In this document: in pieces, positions 38,349 to 49,055 of the stretch
How positions within the stretch are numbered: position 1 is the stretch's first letter
Layout: every line of letters begins with the position of its first letter
Origin: Methanomethylovorans hollandica DSM 15978
GTDB taxonomy: Archaea; Halobacteriota; Methanosarcinia; Methanosarcinales; Methanosarcinaceae
Reading direction: 5' to 3'
Assembly: GCF_000328665.1 (NCBI RefSeq)
Contig: NC_019972.1
Location: 62,001-126,000 of the forward strand
Length of the DNA: 64,000 bases
Translations under genes and position numbers: made by a program
The notes under the pieces: model-generated
The model's input: the letters and a program-made list of their open reading frames with translations, nothing else
The model's database searches: none
Told to the model about the DNA's origin: nothing

Positions 38349-39770
38349 ATGGCAAATACAACTGATTTGAAAGACAAAATTATTGATTTACTAAAAAGCT
38401 CTAAAAACGCTCTATCAGCAGCAGATATCTATAATAATCCCCAGATAAAAAAAGATAGACGACTTATCGATTACCATTTAAAAAAACTTGTAGAACAGGA
38501 ATTCATTCAGAAATCGGATGACAAAAAATACTCTATTAATGTAGACAAAGTAGAGGATATAAGGTATCTGTCTAATAAGATTCTATCTTTACTAATGGAA
38601 AAGGAATGTAGTCCTAAAGAAATCGAAATGGAATTGTACTATGAAGAGGGGACAATATTTCGTGCTATTAGTTTTCTTGAAACTGAAGGTTTTATAAAAG
38701 AAGGAAAGGAATCGCTTAAGAAAAGAAACTATGTTCCTAGAAAAGGGAGAACAACTCTTGTCATAAGTCATTTCAGAGAATCAACATACACTCCTACTTA
38801 TTTAGGATATTCGAAGATAGGATATTGCCCATTGTGCAAACAGAAAATACGTAACGAAGAAGTTATAGTAGTTTCTTTCAAGCATTCGGATCTAGGTATA
38901 ACAAGCGTTAATCCATGGGTATCAATAAAGATCCATTCAAAATGTATGTCAAAATCTAAAGCATATGAAGAAACATATCATGAAATTGAATCATCAATGG
39001 TATGCTCTTATTGTGGCTTACCCCTGACCCCTAAGACACTGCCTGATATTAAAATTGGTTATAAACAACTGATTAATTACTTTTCAGAATACGAATTTGA
39101 CTCTATCCGTTTGCTTGAAGACATTAAACATAGCTGGAAAGTTCCTTTTAGCCCCCCCGGAATTAAAGATAAGTACAAAATTCATCCTGACAACTCGACT
39201 ATAAAAGGAGTTTATGAAACAGCACAAATCCAGATGCCTGAATGGTTGAGTGATCGAATCGAAGAAGATAAGAGCCTTCCTCAAGAATCATATGAATATA
39301 TTTGCGATAAGCTTCGCGAATGTTTCACTGCAGTCTTTGAACAAGATCTTTCGATGTTATCAAATGCAGAAAAATTTCTAAAACTCCTTAAGGAGTATCG
39401 CTCAGAAATTCCAGATGGATACGATTTGAATAACAGGAGTAAAGAAATATGGAGTACAGCTTGTCAAATTAAAAACAATTATGAGCAGAATATCCAAATG
39501 CATTACAGTAAATTACTTGGTCCAGCTGCCAGTGTACATTCTTGCATCGATTGGGCTTTCGATGCAGAAGATTATGATTTTGATAAGATTATAGCAAGAG
39601 GCCTGAATTTTGAGAAAACATTGCCTCCTGTTGCTCAAACGTTTGCAATAAAACATGGTGAAGGGTATTATCATCCATATTGTGCTGATAAGCTCGGACT
39701 AAATTACATTCATCGCGATGAAAAAAGAGTCAAAGGAGGTGAAGAAGAACGACTAAAAAAGCCGGTATGA
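38349..39770 (+). CDS. tandem wHTH protein with Cys/His zinc motifs
   Basis: N-terminal HTH (LIDYHLKKLVEQEFI); CPLC..HSKC and CSYC..HPYC. Confidence 0.65.
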   Translation: MANTTDLKDKIIDLLKSSKNALSAADIYNNPQIKKDRRLIDYHLKKLVEQEFIQKSDDKKYSINVDKVEDIRYLSNKILSLLMEKECSPKEIEMELYYEEGTIFRAISFLETEGFIKEGKESLKKRNYVPRKGRTTLVISHFRESTYTPTYLGYSKIGYCPLCKQKIRNEEVIVVSFKHSDLGITSVNPWVSIKIHSKCMSKSKAYEETYHEIESSMVCSYCGLPLTPKTLPDIKIGYKQLINYFSEYEFDSIRLLEDIKHSWKVPFSPPGIKDKYKIHPDNSTIKGVYETAQIQMPEWLSDRIEEDKSLPQESYEYICDKLRECFTAVFEQDLSMLSNAEKFLKLLKEYRSEIPDGYDLNNRSKEIWSTACQIKNNYEQNIQMHYSKLLGPAASVHSCIDWAFDAEDYDFDKIIARGLNFEKTLPPVAQTFAIKHGEGYYHPYCADKLGLNYIHRDEKRVKGGEEERLKKPV

Positions 39771-39868
39771 CAAAAGGAGATGCGGCAAGAATCCAATCTC
39801 ATGCTGATAGAACTGGTAAGAATCAGGATTTCAAGGCAAGAGCACAATCTGCTGCAGATAAAAAGTGA
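39767..39868 (+). CDS. 33-aa microprotein, SMP (seed maturation protein)-like motif; not in the ORF track
   Basis: MTKGDAARIQSHADRTGKNQDFKARAQSAADKK; ATGA overlap with the upstream stop. Confidence 0.65.
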   Translation: MTKGDAARIQSHADRTGKNQDFKARAQSAADKK

Positions 39869-40047
39869 AATAGACTTCATGGAAGGCGAATGCTTTCCAT
39901 GTATTTTCATACTCTATGTAAAAACAATAGCTTAAGGAGATAAATCTGTAAAAATTTATCTTTAATTTGAGCTAGATTGTTCAGTATTCGACAATCGGTT
40001 AGATGAAATCATGGAAAAATCCATAACAATTAAAGGGTTAGGATAAA

Positions 40048-40884
40048 ATGTATGATAAACACGTTCGTTCAATTAACTGGCACATAACTGATAGGTGTAA
40101 TTGCAACTGCATCTTTTGTTTTGCCCGAAATCTTGGAGAAGAAATAACGGATATAGAGGAAGCAGTAAAGCTTCTGGAATATCTAAAAAGTATCGGTATG
40201 CAGCGAATCAATTTTGCAGGGGGTGAACCAATGCTTCATCCACTTATTTTCGATTTAGTAAAGATTGCCAAAGAGATGGGCTTTGTTACATCGATAGTTT
40301 CTAATGGCTATTATCTGAATCAAGAATCGATCAAAAAGATATCTTTGTGGTTGGATTGGATTGGACTTTCCGTAGATAGCTGCTGTGAAGAAGTACAGTT
40401 CTCTTTAGGTAGAGGCAATGGAGATCATATTAGACATATACGAGAGATTGTTCCTTACATTCATGAAAACGGTATTAAGCTCAAGATAAACACAGTAGTA
40501 ACAAAACTAAATTTCAGGGAGGATATGAAACCTCTCATCAAAGAGTTGAATCCTATACGATGGAAGATCCTTCAAGCTTTGCCGATTAAAGGTCAAAATG
40601 ATAAAAACATACAGAATATTCAGGTATCTGGTATTGAATTTGATCAATTCATTAAAACGAATAAAGATATCGTATTGAGTAGTGGTGATAGTCCAGTATT
40701 TGAAACAAATGATGATATGGTTGATTCATATTTGATGATTGGACCCAATGGTTCAGTGATAAAAAACTCAAATATGGAGCACGCTGTTGAGGATATGAGA
40801 ATCAATGGTATTGAAGAAATAGATAGTATTGTAGACTGGAAGAAATATCATCAAAGAGGTGGAGATCACTGGATCAGTCAGTAA
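40048..40884 (+). CDS. prokaryotic viperin (RSAD2-like radical SAM)
   Basis: SINWH..RCNCNCIFCF, INFAGGEP, SIVSNG, LSVDS, GRG, KINTVV, RWKILQ..GQND, DMVDSYLMI. Confidence 0.9.
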   Translation: MYDKHVRSINWHITDRCNCNCIFCFARNLGEEITDIEEAVKLLEYLKSIGMQRINFAGGEPMLHPLIFDLVKIAKEMGFVTSIVSNGYYLNQESIKKISLWLDWIGLSVDSCCEEVQFSLGRGNGDHIRHIREIVPYIHENGIKLKINTVVTKLNFREDMKPLIKELNPIRWKILQALPIKGQNDKNIQNIQVSGIEFDQFIKTNKDIVLSSGDSPVFETNDDMVDSYLMIGPNGSVIKNSNMEHAVEDMRINGIEEIDSIVDWKKYHQRGGDHWISQ

Positions 40885-40990
40885 AAGGGAATTGAATGCT
40901 AATAATAAAAGAAATATTTAAAATATTTTCGAAGAATCTAGAGAATTAGGGATTAAGCTAAAGCAAAAATAAAAACTGAAGGGATGAACA

Positions 40991-41884
40991 ATGATGAAAA
41001 CTGGTAGAAATGATTTATGTCAGTGTGAAAGTGACAAAAAATACAAGCATTGCTGTTTAGGAAAAAAGATTATGCCAATAGGCAAATATCTACTACCTTT
41101 TGGAATACAAGTAGATACGTATTCAATAGATGATATTGTAAAGCCATTTATTTCATCATCGAACGCATTCAAAAACTTTTACAAAAGCGAAAAGAGTAAT
41201 ATTAAGGATGATTTGTATTGGGTTAAATCAAACTTGGAAATAGAACAAAAATTAGGTTTTAGAAAAGGACAAATGGGTAAATTATATCGTGCTGTAGGAA
41301 AGAACGAAATTAAACGTTTTATAGTGCTAGAAGAAATACCGCCATCTATTAAAAATGATTATTTAATTACTCATGAGACAATGCATGATATCATTTTGAA
41401 TGAGGGGTTTCCAGGAGTTACACCTCGAAAACCAAATCCATTTTCACATGAAGAATATAGTAAGAGAATACAACTTGCATCGGCACTTAGTAGTATGATT
41501 CATGACATGCTTTGTGATTCTCGCTTAAAGAAATATGGATTTTTCTTTGATGAGTTATACGATATAAAAATTCAAGGAGTTATTAGAAGTTTAGATCAAT
41601 TCGATTGTAATAGAACTGGTAATTTAGGAAAGCTGTTTTATGTGTATCAATATTGTCTTACTAATCTGCAAAATAGTTTAAACGTGAACAATGAAACAAA
41701 TATTTTAGGTCGATATAAACAACAGTATGCTATGAAGTATCCTGAAATCACACACGAAGGAAATGTTATTCTTGAACTAATTAATGATATCGGTTATGAT
41801 ACACCAAGCAAACTTACTGTATTGTACCAAGAAATATTTAAGAAACACAAACTTGAAAGTGAGTTTCTATTAGAGCAGAAGTAG
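40991..41884 (+). CDS. SEC-C motif protein with HExxH motif
   Basis: GRNDLCQCESDKKYKHCC; HETMH. Confidence 0.75.
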   Translation: MMKTGRNDLCQCESDKKYKHCCLGKKIMPIGKYLLPFGIQVDTYSIDDIVKPFISSSNAFKNFYKSEKSNIKDDLYWVKSNLEIEQKLGFRKGQMGKLYRAVGKNEIKRFIVLEEIPPSIKNDYLITHETMHDIILNEGFPGVTPRKPNPFSHEEYSKRIQLASALSSMIHDMLCDSRLKKYGFFFDELYDIKIQGVIRSLDQFDCNRTGNLGKLFYVYQYCLTNLQNSLNVNNETNILGRYKQQYAMKYPEITHEGNVILELINDIGYDTPSKLTVLYQEIFKKHKLESEFLLEQK

Positions 41885-41903
41885 TTGATTTGTGCCAGAA
41901 AGG

Positions 41904-41928
41904 AATGCCGATCAACTTGATCGGCATT
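41904..41928. terminator. perfect inverted repeat between convergent genes
   Basis: AATGCCGATCAA-C-TTGATCGGCATT. Confidence 0.5.
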
Positions 41929-41934
41929 ATAGAA

Positions 41935-42333
41935 TTAGGTGTTCTTGATGAAGAATGAAACGAAATCTCTACCAAGTCCGGTTTCTCTTACCAGCTTTTC
42001 AATTATATCTTCTTCTTGCATCCCACTCTGACGGCATTCACTTAGTTTGTCATATACCCTTTGGGAGATTTCAGAATACTCATTGATATCTTTACGGTGT
42101 CCCCATACATCGCCTTCAAGAAGCTCGATGTCCTGCATTTTGAGGTACATTATTGCAGAGTTGGACATAGTTCTCCTGTAAGAGTTAGGAATGTGGATAG
42201 CTTTAACCTGTGGACACTTCATGAAAAGTGAGAAGAGGTCTGTGTTAGATGGTCTGAACGCAAAATGTACAATTTCTTCATTTGGGCTCAATGTGCTGAT
42301 CTCTTCCTTTGAGCTTACGACTCTTATTTTCAT
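41935..42333 (-). CDS. DUF1699 family protein
   Basis: MKIRVVSS..HFAFRPSNTD..LLEGDVWGHRKD. Confidence 0.85.
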   Translation of the reverse strand: MKIRVVSSKEEISTLSPNEEIVHFAFRPSNTDLFSLFMKCPQVKAIHIPNSYRRTMSNSAIMYLKMQDIELLEGDVWGHRKDINEYSEISQRVYDKLSECRQSGMQEEDIIEKLVRETGLGRDFVSFFIKNT

Positions 42334-42638
42334 ATGTTATACCTCTGTGATTGTGAAATATTGTTTTTTTGTAGGTGAATTTTTATCACCTGTATTAATT
42401 TACTCACACTAATCTATTTATAGTTAACCAAACTAGTTTTATACGCATAACACATAATACAAACTTATTTTATATGTATGAAAGAGGGTACAATAGTTGT
42501 TTAGTTATGAATCGGTCTTCTGACATTGTAGTATTTCTCTATTCGAACATATATCTAAGAGAAATAAGAACAGATAGAAGTATAGGGAATTCACAATAAA
42601 TATGGGACATTGTCAAGGAGAGTATTTGTGGAATGATC

Positions 42639-43919
42639 TTAATCAAGTAACCATTTCCACACAGGCTTCACGAAGATTTTCCTTTCATCTATTTCAATCA
42701 AATCTTCAGTATCCTTTGTGAGTATGAGACCTTCCTGCAGGTCATAAGTTTTCATTGCTTCAATTAATCCTTCAAGCTCACGTTTTCTGTTATCCAGATT
42801 CAACTCCTTTGTCACCTGAATGACGCTCGTTATCCTGTTCTGTGTCTTTATCAGGAAATCGCACTCATATGTCCCTTTATGATAGAATACTTCACTCTGT
42901 CTTCTGATGAGCTCTATGAATACCAGATTCTCAAGCAGCCTGCCGTAATTTTCTGAGAACTTGAAAGACACAGCATTTATCAGACCCGTATCAAGGCAAT
43001 AGATCTTCTTTGGATTAGCAAGCTGCTTCCTTAGAGAATAATCGAATTTGTTGATCGAATATAGAAGATATGAGTCTTCTGCATAGCTTAGGTACTCTTT
43101 AACAGTATCTGCTGATATTTCCAAGGCATTTGCTATGCTGTTGTAGGAAAAAGGCTTACCAACGTTTGAGATTATGAAATACAGCAGATTTATTACATCT
43201 CTGTTATTCCTCAGATTATGAGGAAAGATTATGTCCTTCAGGTATATTGTCTCATAATAGTTCTTCAGAAGCTCTTCCTTTATGTTGGTGTCCTCTTCCA
43301 GAGATATCCTGGGAAAAGAACCATGTTTTAGATATTCCTCAAACTCATGCCTTTTCTCCGCAGATGTAGGTTTTTTTATTCCTTTGAAATCCAAGTGCTC
43401 CTTGAAGGTCAACGGATAAACTGTTAATGAAAGGTACCTTCCAGAGAGACGTGTGATGGTCTTCTTCTTAAGCAGGGATGATGTGGACCCTGTCAAAATG
43501 AATTTCAGACGCTTGTCAGTATCGTACAATGTTTTCAGTGTCTGAGTCCAGTACTTGAAGTTCTGGACCTCATCAAGGAAAATATAGTATCTTTCTTTTT
43601 TTGTTGCAGCGATGTGATCTTCAATGATACTCGACAGGAGATTTACACTCTCTGTCTGGCTCTGGAACACAGGCTCATCAAGGTTCATGTACAGTACAGA
43701 TTCTTCTTTATCTTCAGGCAGTCCAAGACTGCTAATGAGCTGGTATAGGAGAGTTGATTTTCCAGTCCTTCTGGCACCAAGTATCAGTAATATTTCTTCT
43801 GTTTCCAGATATTTGGATAAGAGTGGATAGTACCGAAGGCGGGATATTCCTGTACTGTAACTTTTTCCGAACCACCAGGGATTCTGCTTTTCCAGTACAT
43901 CTTTTATCAGTTGTTCCAT
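42639..43919 (-). CDS. COG1373 AAA+ ATPase (AAA_14 + DUF4143)
   Basis: NPWW, GARRTGKST, FLDEVQ, LTGS, KKIYCLDTGL, ECDF. Confidence 0.9.
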   Translation of the reverse strand: MEQLIKDVLEKQNPWWFGKSYSTGISRLRYYPLLSKYLETEEILLILGARRTGKSTLLYQLISSLGLPEDKEESVLYMNLDEPVFQSQTESVNLLSSIIEDHIAATKKERYYIFLDEVQNFKYWTQTLKTLYDTDKRLKFILTGSTSSLLKKKTITRLSGRYLSLTVYPLTFKEHLDFKGIKKPTSAEKRHEFEEYLKHGSFPRISLEEDTNIKEELLKNYYETIYLKDIIFPHNLRNNRDVINLLYFIISNVGKPFSYNSIANALEISADTVKEYLSYAEDSYLLYSINKFDYSLRKQLANPKKIYCLDTGLINAVSFKFSENYGRLLENLVFIELIRRQSEVFYHKGTYECDFLIKTQNRITSVIQVTKELNLDNRKRELEGLIEAMKTYDLQEGLILTKDTEDLIEIDERKIFVKPVWKWLLD

Positions 43920-44153
43920 AATAACTAGTTGATTTCTATATTAGTTAAAAGTATCGATTATAATCTACGATTTAGTTAGATTTTGACGATCATAATCTAT
44001 GGTTTTGAGTGTTATTACCAGGTATCTTCGTCAATTTGGCCACTATGCTATTCGGCATGGATGAAAGTGGCTTCTGAGAAGTCTTTGGTATACTCTTTTC
44101 TGAAATACTTGTTTGACATATCCTTTTCGATCATGTCTAATAGATGATATTAT

Positions 44154-44877
44154 GGTAATTAAAAATAGTTATATTTATTTTTAACTTTTGTTTAAAAAAT
44201 ACGATTATACTTTATTATTTCAATACAATTCAAATAATAGTTTTTTATTTATCTAAAATTATATGGGCTTTTTATATTATGCGGTTGTAACCTTCAACAG
44301 TATATGTTCCAGTTTTTGATTACGAATGAGTAGTCCCAAGACGAAACTTTGCATATGCTCTCCAGTGATCAGTCATTACTTCTCCTATCTCCTTGCTTTC
44401 TAACTTTTCCCAGAGCCGTTGTCCAGTTTCCTTTCCTGTTCGCCAAAAGAGCAGTCGATGAATTTTTTCCTAACTCTATCAACAACAATCCAGATCCAGC
44501 AATATTTTTTTTGTTCCCTATGTAAGTGTGCATCTCATGTAATTCAACGACAGATATCTCATTTTCACTTTTTAGTTCCTCTAATTCCGGACCAAATTTC
44601 TTTATCCATTTCTGGATAGAAACATGGCTCACCCCTAATAAACGTCCTATTGAACGAAATCCTAATCCTTCCAGATAGAGCTGTAAAGCCTGTCGTTTAA
44701 CAGAAGTAGAACTGGCAGTTGATTTGAGCTCTACTGAATAGTTATATCCACAATCACAGCATTGATATCGTTGCCTTCCACTTATTTTCCCGTTCTTTTT
44801 ATGATTAGGATTTTTACATCTGGGGCAGTTCATACAGAGATATAAGTTCTCATAAGATATATCTATTTTTAATTACC
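44154..44877 (-). mobile_element. degenerate IS1-family element of a related subtype
   Basis: 15-bp perfect IR GGTAATTAAAAATAG; InsA ORF 44369-44833 has HE for the catalytic DE; InsB decayed; no TSD seen. Confidence 0.8.
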
Positions 44878-45711
44878 ACATTTGAATAAGTTAGTATCAT
44901 AACATTTCGGGCATTGTTTTGTGCAATGGGCAATCAATCAAGCCCAATGTGATCAATTCTTTTTCAATTGATGTTTGGTTTTTCCGAAGAATCTTGGCCA
45001 ATTCTATGGTATCTATCCCTTCTGAAAATTTATTTCTCATCAAGGTTACTTCTTCTTCATTCCATAAGTTTGCACCATTTTGCTTATCATTTGAAATCCC
45101 ATCCTCAGAACTAGAATAAATTCTTTTATTTAAGTTCAATGTGCAATTATCCCTAGAATTACAAGCATCGCATATTTTAACACTGGCAGCACTTGGTTTT
45201 ATAAGACCCAATCTCTCCAGTTTAGCTATTATACCATATTTGGTTCTTTCGAGGATATGAGAAATCTCATCAATACTTTTCTTTTCATGGAACATTTCTA
45301 CTAATTTTACTATATCCTCTTCATCCCATGGTGTAAGATATTTTGGAAATTCCTTTCTCACTTCTTCAACTGCTGGAGAATAATTATTTGTTTTTTCAAT
45401 AAGACCTAAGTCCATTAGCTTATTTTCAATAGCTGTAGGTTTCCGTTCCAGAATATCTGCTATATAAGACATATCTTTGTTTTGTGAAAACAATCTGGTC
45501 AACTGGTTTATGTCTCTTTCAGACCAAATCTGCCCATGTTTTGGATATTTTTGAAGTATCAACTGTCTATTTATAGATGCAGTTGTCTTTCCAAGTATTT
45601 TTGCTATCTCTTCGATTGATGTTCCCTTGGAATGCTCTTCATCAAGCTTTTTGTTTTCTTCAACTGACCATTTTTTATCATAGCGTGGGCATTCTTCAGA
45701 ATATGTACATT

Positions 45712-46989
45712 CAGTACTTAGCTAATTTTATCTCCATCTTGTTCCTGCCACTGTTGAATTATCTTAAACACTGCACTACTAACTGAATTCTTAACTTTCT
45801 TCTTAACCATTCTTCAACAAACAGAATAAATCTGGCAAACCTGAACTTATCCTCATCAATAGTTATTGGACCTGTTTTTGCTATTGTGAAATGCTTTTTC
45901 TGGAGGTAAAGCCATGCATTTCTGAGCAGGAATGATAGAAGCGTAAAGAAATATCTGAAAGTCACATCTCTTGTTGATGTTCTTGGTTTGACTATATTTC
46001 TCATCCTGTACGAGGACTCGATAGCAAATCGTCTTCTATAGACCGTACTAATCTTTCTTGGAGGCCATTTTACCCCATAAACAACAAACCCAAGGTTTTC
46101 ACATCCATGTTTACCTCTTTTACCTTTGAGGTACTTTACATCAATTACAAAGTCTAAGTGAACTTCTTTCTTTTGAGCATTCTTCATTACATACTCAGTA
46201 GACCTTGCTTTTCTCCCATCTAGTAGTTGCTTTACCTCATTTCCCCTTTTTACTATTGGTATGATATGGGGGATATTCCTGTTCTGTAAGAACTCAAACA
46301 CATCTACAGAATTGAATTCTCGATCTAAACAAAGTACCTTGATATTGAAATTTAGTTTTCCAATGAGATCTACAAAATAAGTAAGGTAATCGACCTTTGT
46401 TTTATTCGTCTCAACCGGAAGAACTGCAATAGTATACCTCTCATTCTTGTTTATAATTGAAAGTGATACATATGAATAAAATGAGTTTGTAGATTTCTTG
46501 GCCTGACTACGTATCACATAGCCTTCATTGGATGAATCAGTCGTTCCGTAATAAGGATCATTTGTAAAATCGATAGCAAACTCATACTTTTTCATTGATT
46601 TTAGAGTACTGACAAAGGCTTGAAGAAGAATATTCTCATTTACCTTGATAAGCTCTGCAAGATTCAGTTTCTTGAGATGATATCTTAAAGACGTCTCACA
46701 GGGAATCTCTTGATAGTGTTTTGATGCAGAGTGAACTGAACTATTATCCACTGCCATACAGATAGCAGTGTAAAAAAGATCTTTGAGGGTCAGTGAACCA
46801 TTTATCTTAATGTCGATATTATCTAAGAGTGGTTTAAGAGCAGTATCAATACATTGTTTTGGCCTTAATTCGACTTTATCACAGATCCTTGAATTGAATG
46901 GGAGAAATGACATATGGCGGCGTTCACGCCGCATATAAAGATATCGGAAGGAGTTGCGATGTGGCTAAATTGAAATTAGCGAAGTACTG
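45712..46989 (-). mobile_element. ISH3-family element, 1278 bp
   Basis: TIRs CAGTACTT(A/C)GCTAATTT; 5-bp TSD ACATT at 45707-45711 and 46990-46994. Confidence 0.92.
45759..46913 (-). CDS. ISH3-family DDE transposase
   Basis: AIDFTNDPYYG, CLDREF, YRRRFAIESSYR. Confidence 0.92.
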   Translation of the reverse strand: MSFLPFNSRICDKVELRPKQCIDTALKPLLDNIDIKINGSLTLKDLFYTAICMAVDNSSVHSASKHYQEIPCETSLRYHLKKLNLAELIKVNENILLQAFVSTLKSMKKYEFAIDFTNDPYYGTTDSSNEGYVIRSQAKKSTNSFYSYVSLSIINKNERYTIAVLPVETNKTKVDYLTYFVDLIGKLNFNIKVLCLDREFNSVDVFEFLQNRNIPHIIPIVKRGNEVKQLLDGRKARSTEYVMKNAQKKEVHLDFVIDVKYLKGKRGKHGCENLGFVVYGVKWPPRKISTVYRRRFAIESSYRMRNIVKPRTSTRDVTFRYFFTLLSFLLRNAWLYLQKKHFTIAKTGPITIDEDKFRFARFILFVEEWLRRKLRIQLVVQCLR

Positions 46990-47212
46990 ACATTGATTAC
47001 ATTTATATGGAGATCCCATTTTTTTGGCGCTTCTTTCCATTTTCCAATACATGCTTGAATCTGTAATATCTTTGAGAAAACGGGAGCGATCTAATTCTAT
47101 CATATGAATGACTGCTTCGTATGGGAGATATTCTTGTATTATTTTAAGAGAATCTTCATTTAATGCATGGTTATTTGTGATAAGTTGCTCAATCCCATTG
47201 GTTACAATATTT

Positions 47213-47952
47213 GGCATTGTTAATTAAACATCGCTAACTCTTTATTTCTATATTTCATTAAGAGGATAACAGAATACTTCAGCATTTCAATACTCTTTGT
47301 ATAACACTTGGACTTTCTTCTCAATCTTGCCAGAAAGTGTCTCAATATGCTGTTATATCCTTCAACAGTATATGTTTCAGCTTTGGATTGAGTATGAATA
47401 GTTTCTGGAAGAAACTCTGCATATGCCTTCCAGTGATCAGTCATCACTTCGCCTATCTTCTTCCTCTCTAACTTTTCCCAAAGTTGTTGTCCGGTTTCCG
47501 TTCCTCTGCTACCAAAAGAGCAGTCGATGAACTTTTTCCCAACTCTATCAACAGCAATCCAGATCCAGCAGTATTTTTTTTGTTCCCGATGTAGGTGTGC
47601 ATCTCATCCAGTTCAACGATATTTATCTCATTTTCACTCTTCAAGTCCTCCATATCCTTACCATATTTCTTTATCCAATTTTGTACAGAAACATGGCTGA
47701 CCCCTAATATACGTCCTATTGAACGAAATCCTAATCCCTCCAGATAGAGTTGCAAAGCCTGCCGTTTAACAAAAGCAGAGCTAGCTGTTGATTTTATCTC
47801 TACTGAATAGTTATATCCACAATCATGGCATTGGTATCGTTGGCGTTCACTTATTTTTCCGTTCTTTTTATGATTAGGGCTTTTACACCTGGGACAGTTC
47901 ATGCAGAACTATAAGTCCTAATAACATATAACCATGTTTACTTACCAATGCC
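47213..47952 (-). mobile_element. IS1-family element, 740 bp, near-identical to 34199-34938
   Basis: Same TIRs; 8-bp TSD CAATATTT at 47205-47212 and 47953-47960; frameshifted transposase 47220-47902. Confidence 0.95.
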
Positions 47953-48536
47953 CAATATTTATGCATTCTTTTCCATATAGCATGGATGTTAGTTTATTAA
48001 TTGAAATTATGACAATGCATAAGTTGTTGCAGTCAAACCCCATATTTTCAAGAGCAAAAGCATATGCTTCTGCTTGTATTGTTTGATTTTTGTAAAGACT
48101 ATAAGGATTGCCAGATGTTGTTTTAAATTCAATCAGGAAAATAGGTTTACCTTTTGAATAAATTATTCCGTCTGGAGTACCGCAGAAAAGGATTTCGTTA
48201 ATCTCAAAGTACAAAGGAAAAGTACATGCATAAAAACGACTGTTAGCAATAGAATCAATAATTTGTTCTAAATCTACTTCTTCAGCGGAAAATACTTCTT
48301 CATGGATAAACGTTCCTTCAATTTCCTTTTCTGAAGTTTCTTTTCCAACACTATATTCATAATCTAGTTGTTGTTCGCAAAAATACTGTTTAGCAAAGTG
48401 AGATATCGGTACATAAGATAAGTTGAATCTTGTTTTGGATTGACAGGGCTGAACTTTTTTTCTTAAAGAATCCTTCCAATTGATAATATTCATGCTATCA
48501 ACTACAAATTAATTGAGTGTAGAAAATTCAAAAATT

Positions 48537-49055
48537 TTAAATATCAGGATTTCTCCAAATTAATGTTTCTTTGAGCTTACTTTGGAATAATTGAGGATAA
48601 GCACCAAAGACAGGAATTAGATGGACAGTTTCAGGATATCTGGGATCCTCGCCAAGACCCAGGCAGATATAGACTTTTTTGCCGCTGGTTTTCTCTACAT
48701 CTCTGTATCTGTCTAATTGCCAGGATTTGCAGATCTCACAGACAAGTTGTCCTTTATCATTTCTGAAAAGCCCTGTTCGATATTTGGCTTCGATCCAGAA
48801 CTCTTCGCGGGTTCTTTTATCCCTGAAGAGAAAATCAGGGTTCATACTTCGTTCTTCAAATCTCTCGCTATTTGAATTAAAGTCTCTTGTCATTTCCACA
48901 AGGTCAAATAATTTATCAGTGAATATCTCGTCAGAAACGAAATTTTCGAATCTGCCGCCTTTAATTTCAGGTCTTTTACTTTTGCCTGTTACGTCTTGAA
49001 GTAATTCTCCAAAGAAACCCATTTTTGATACCTTCGTTTTTAGGATTAAATACAT
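48537..49055 (-). CDS. small PD-(D/E)XK nuclease
   Basis: KGGRFE..PDFLF..WIEAKYR..QLDRY. Confidence 0.7.
   Translation of the reverse strand: MYLILKTKVSKMGFFGELLQDVTGKSKRPEIKGGRFENFVSDEIFTDKLFDLVEMTRDFNSNSERFEERSMNPDFLFRDKRTREEFWIEAKYRTGLFRNDKGQLVCEICKSWQLDRYRDVEKTSGKKVYICLGLGEDPRYPETVHLIPVFGAYPQLFQSKLKETLIWRNPDI

Larger units (their letters stand above)
44897..48493 (-). pseudogene. Cas4-like Fe-S nuclease fused to four Myb-like HTH repeats, split by two IS
   Basis: Removing both IS plus one TSD each leaves a 1566-bp open frame (521 aa). Confidence 0.85.

Noticed and set aside
44038..44043. Extra TGGCCA hexamer
   Set aside because: Lacks the GAAC half at the expected spacing and lies outside the cluster
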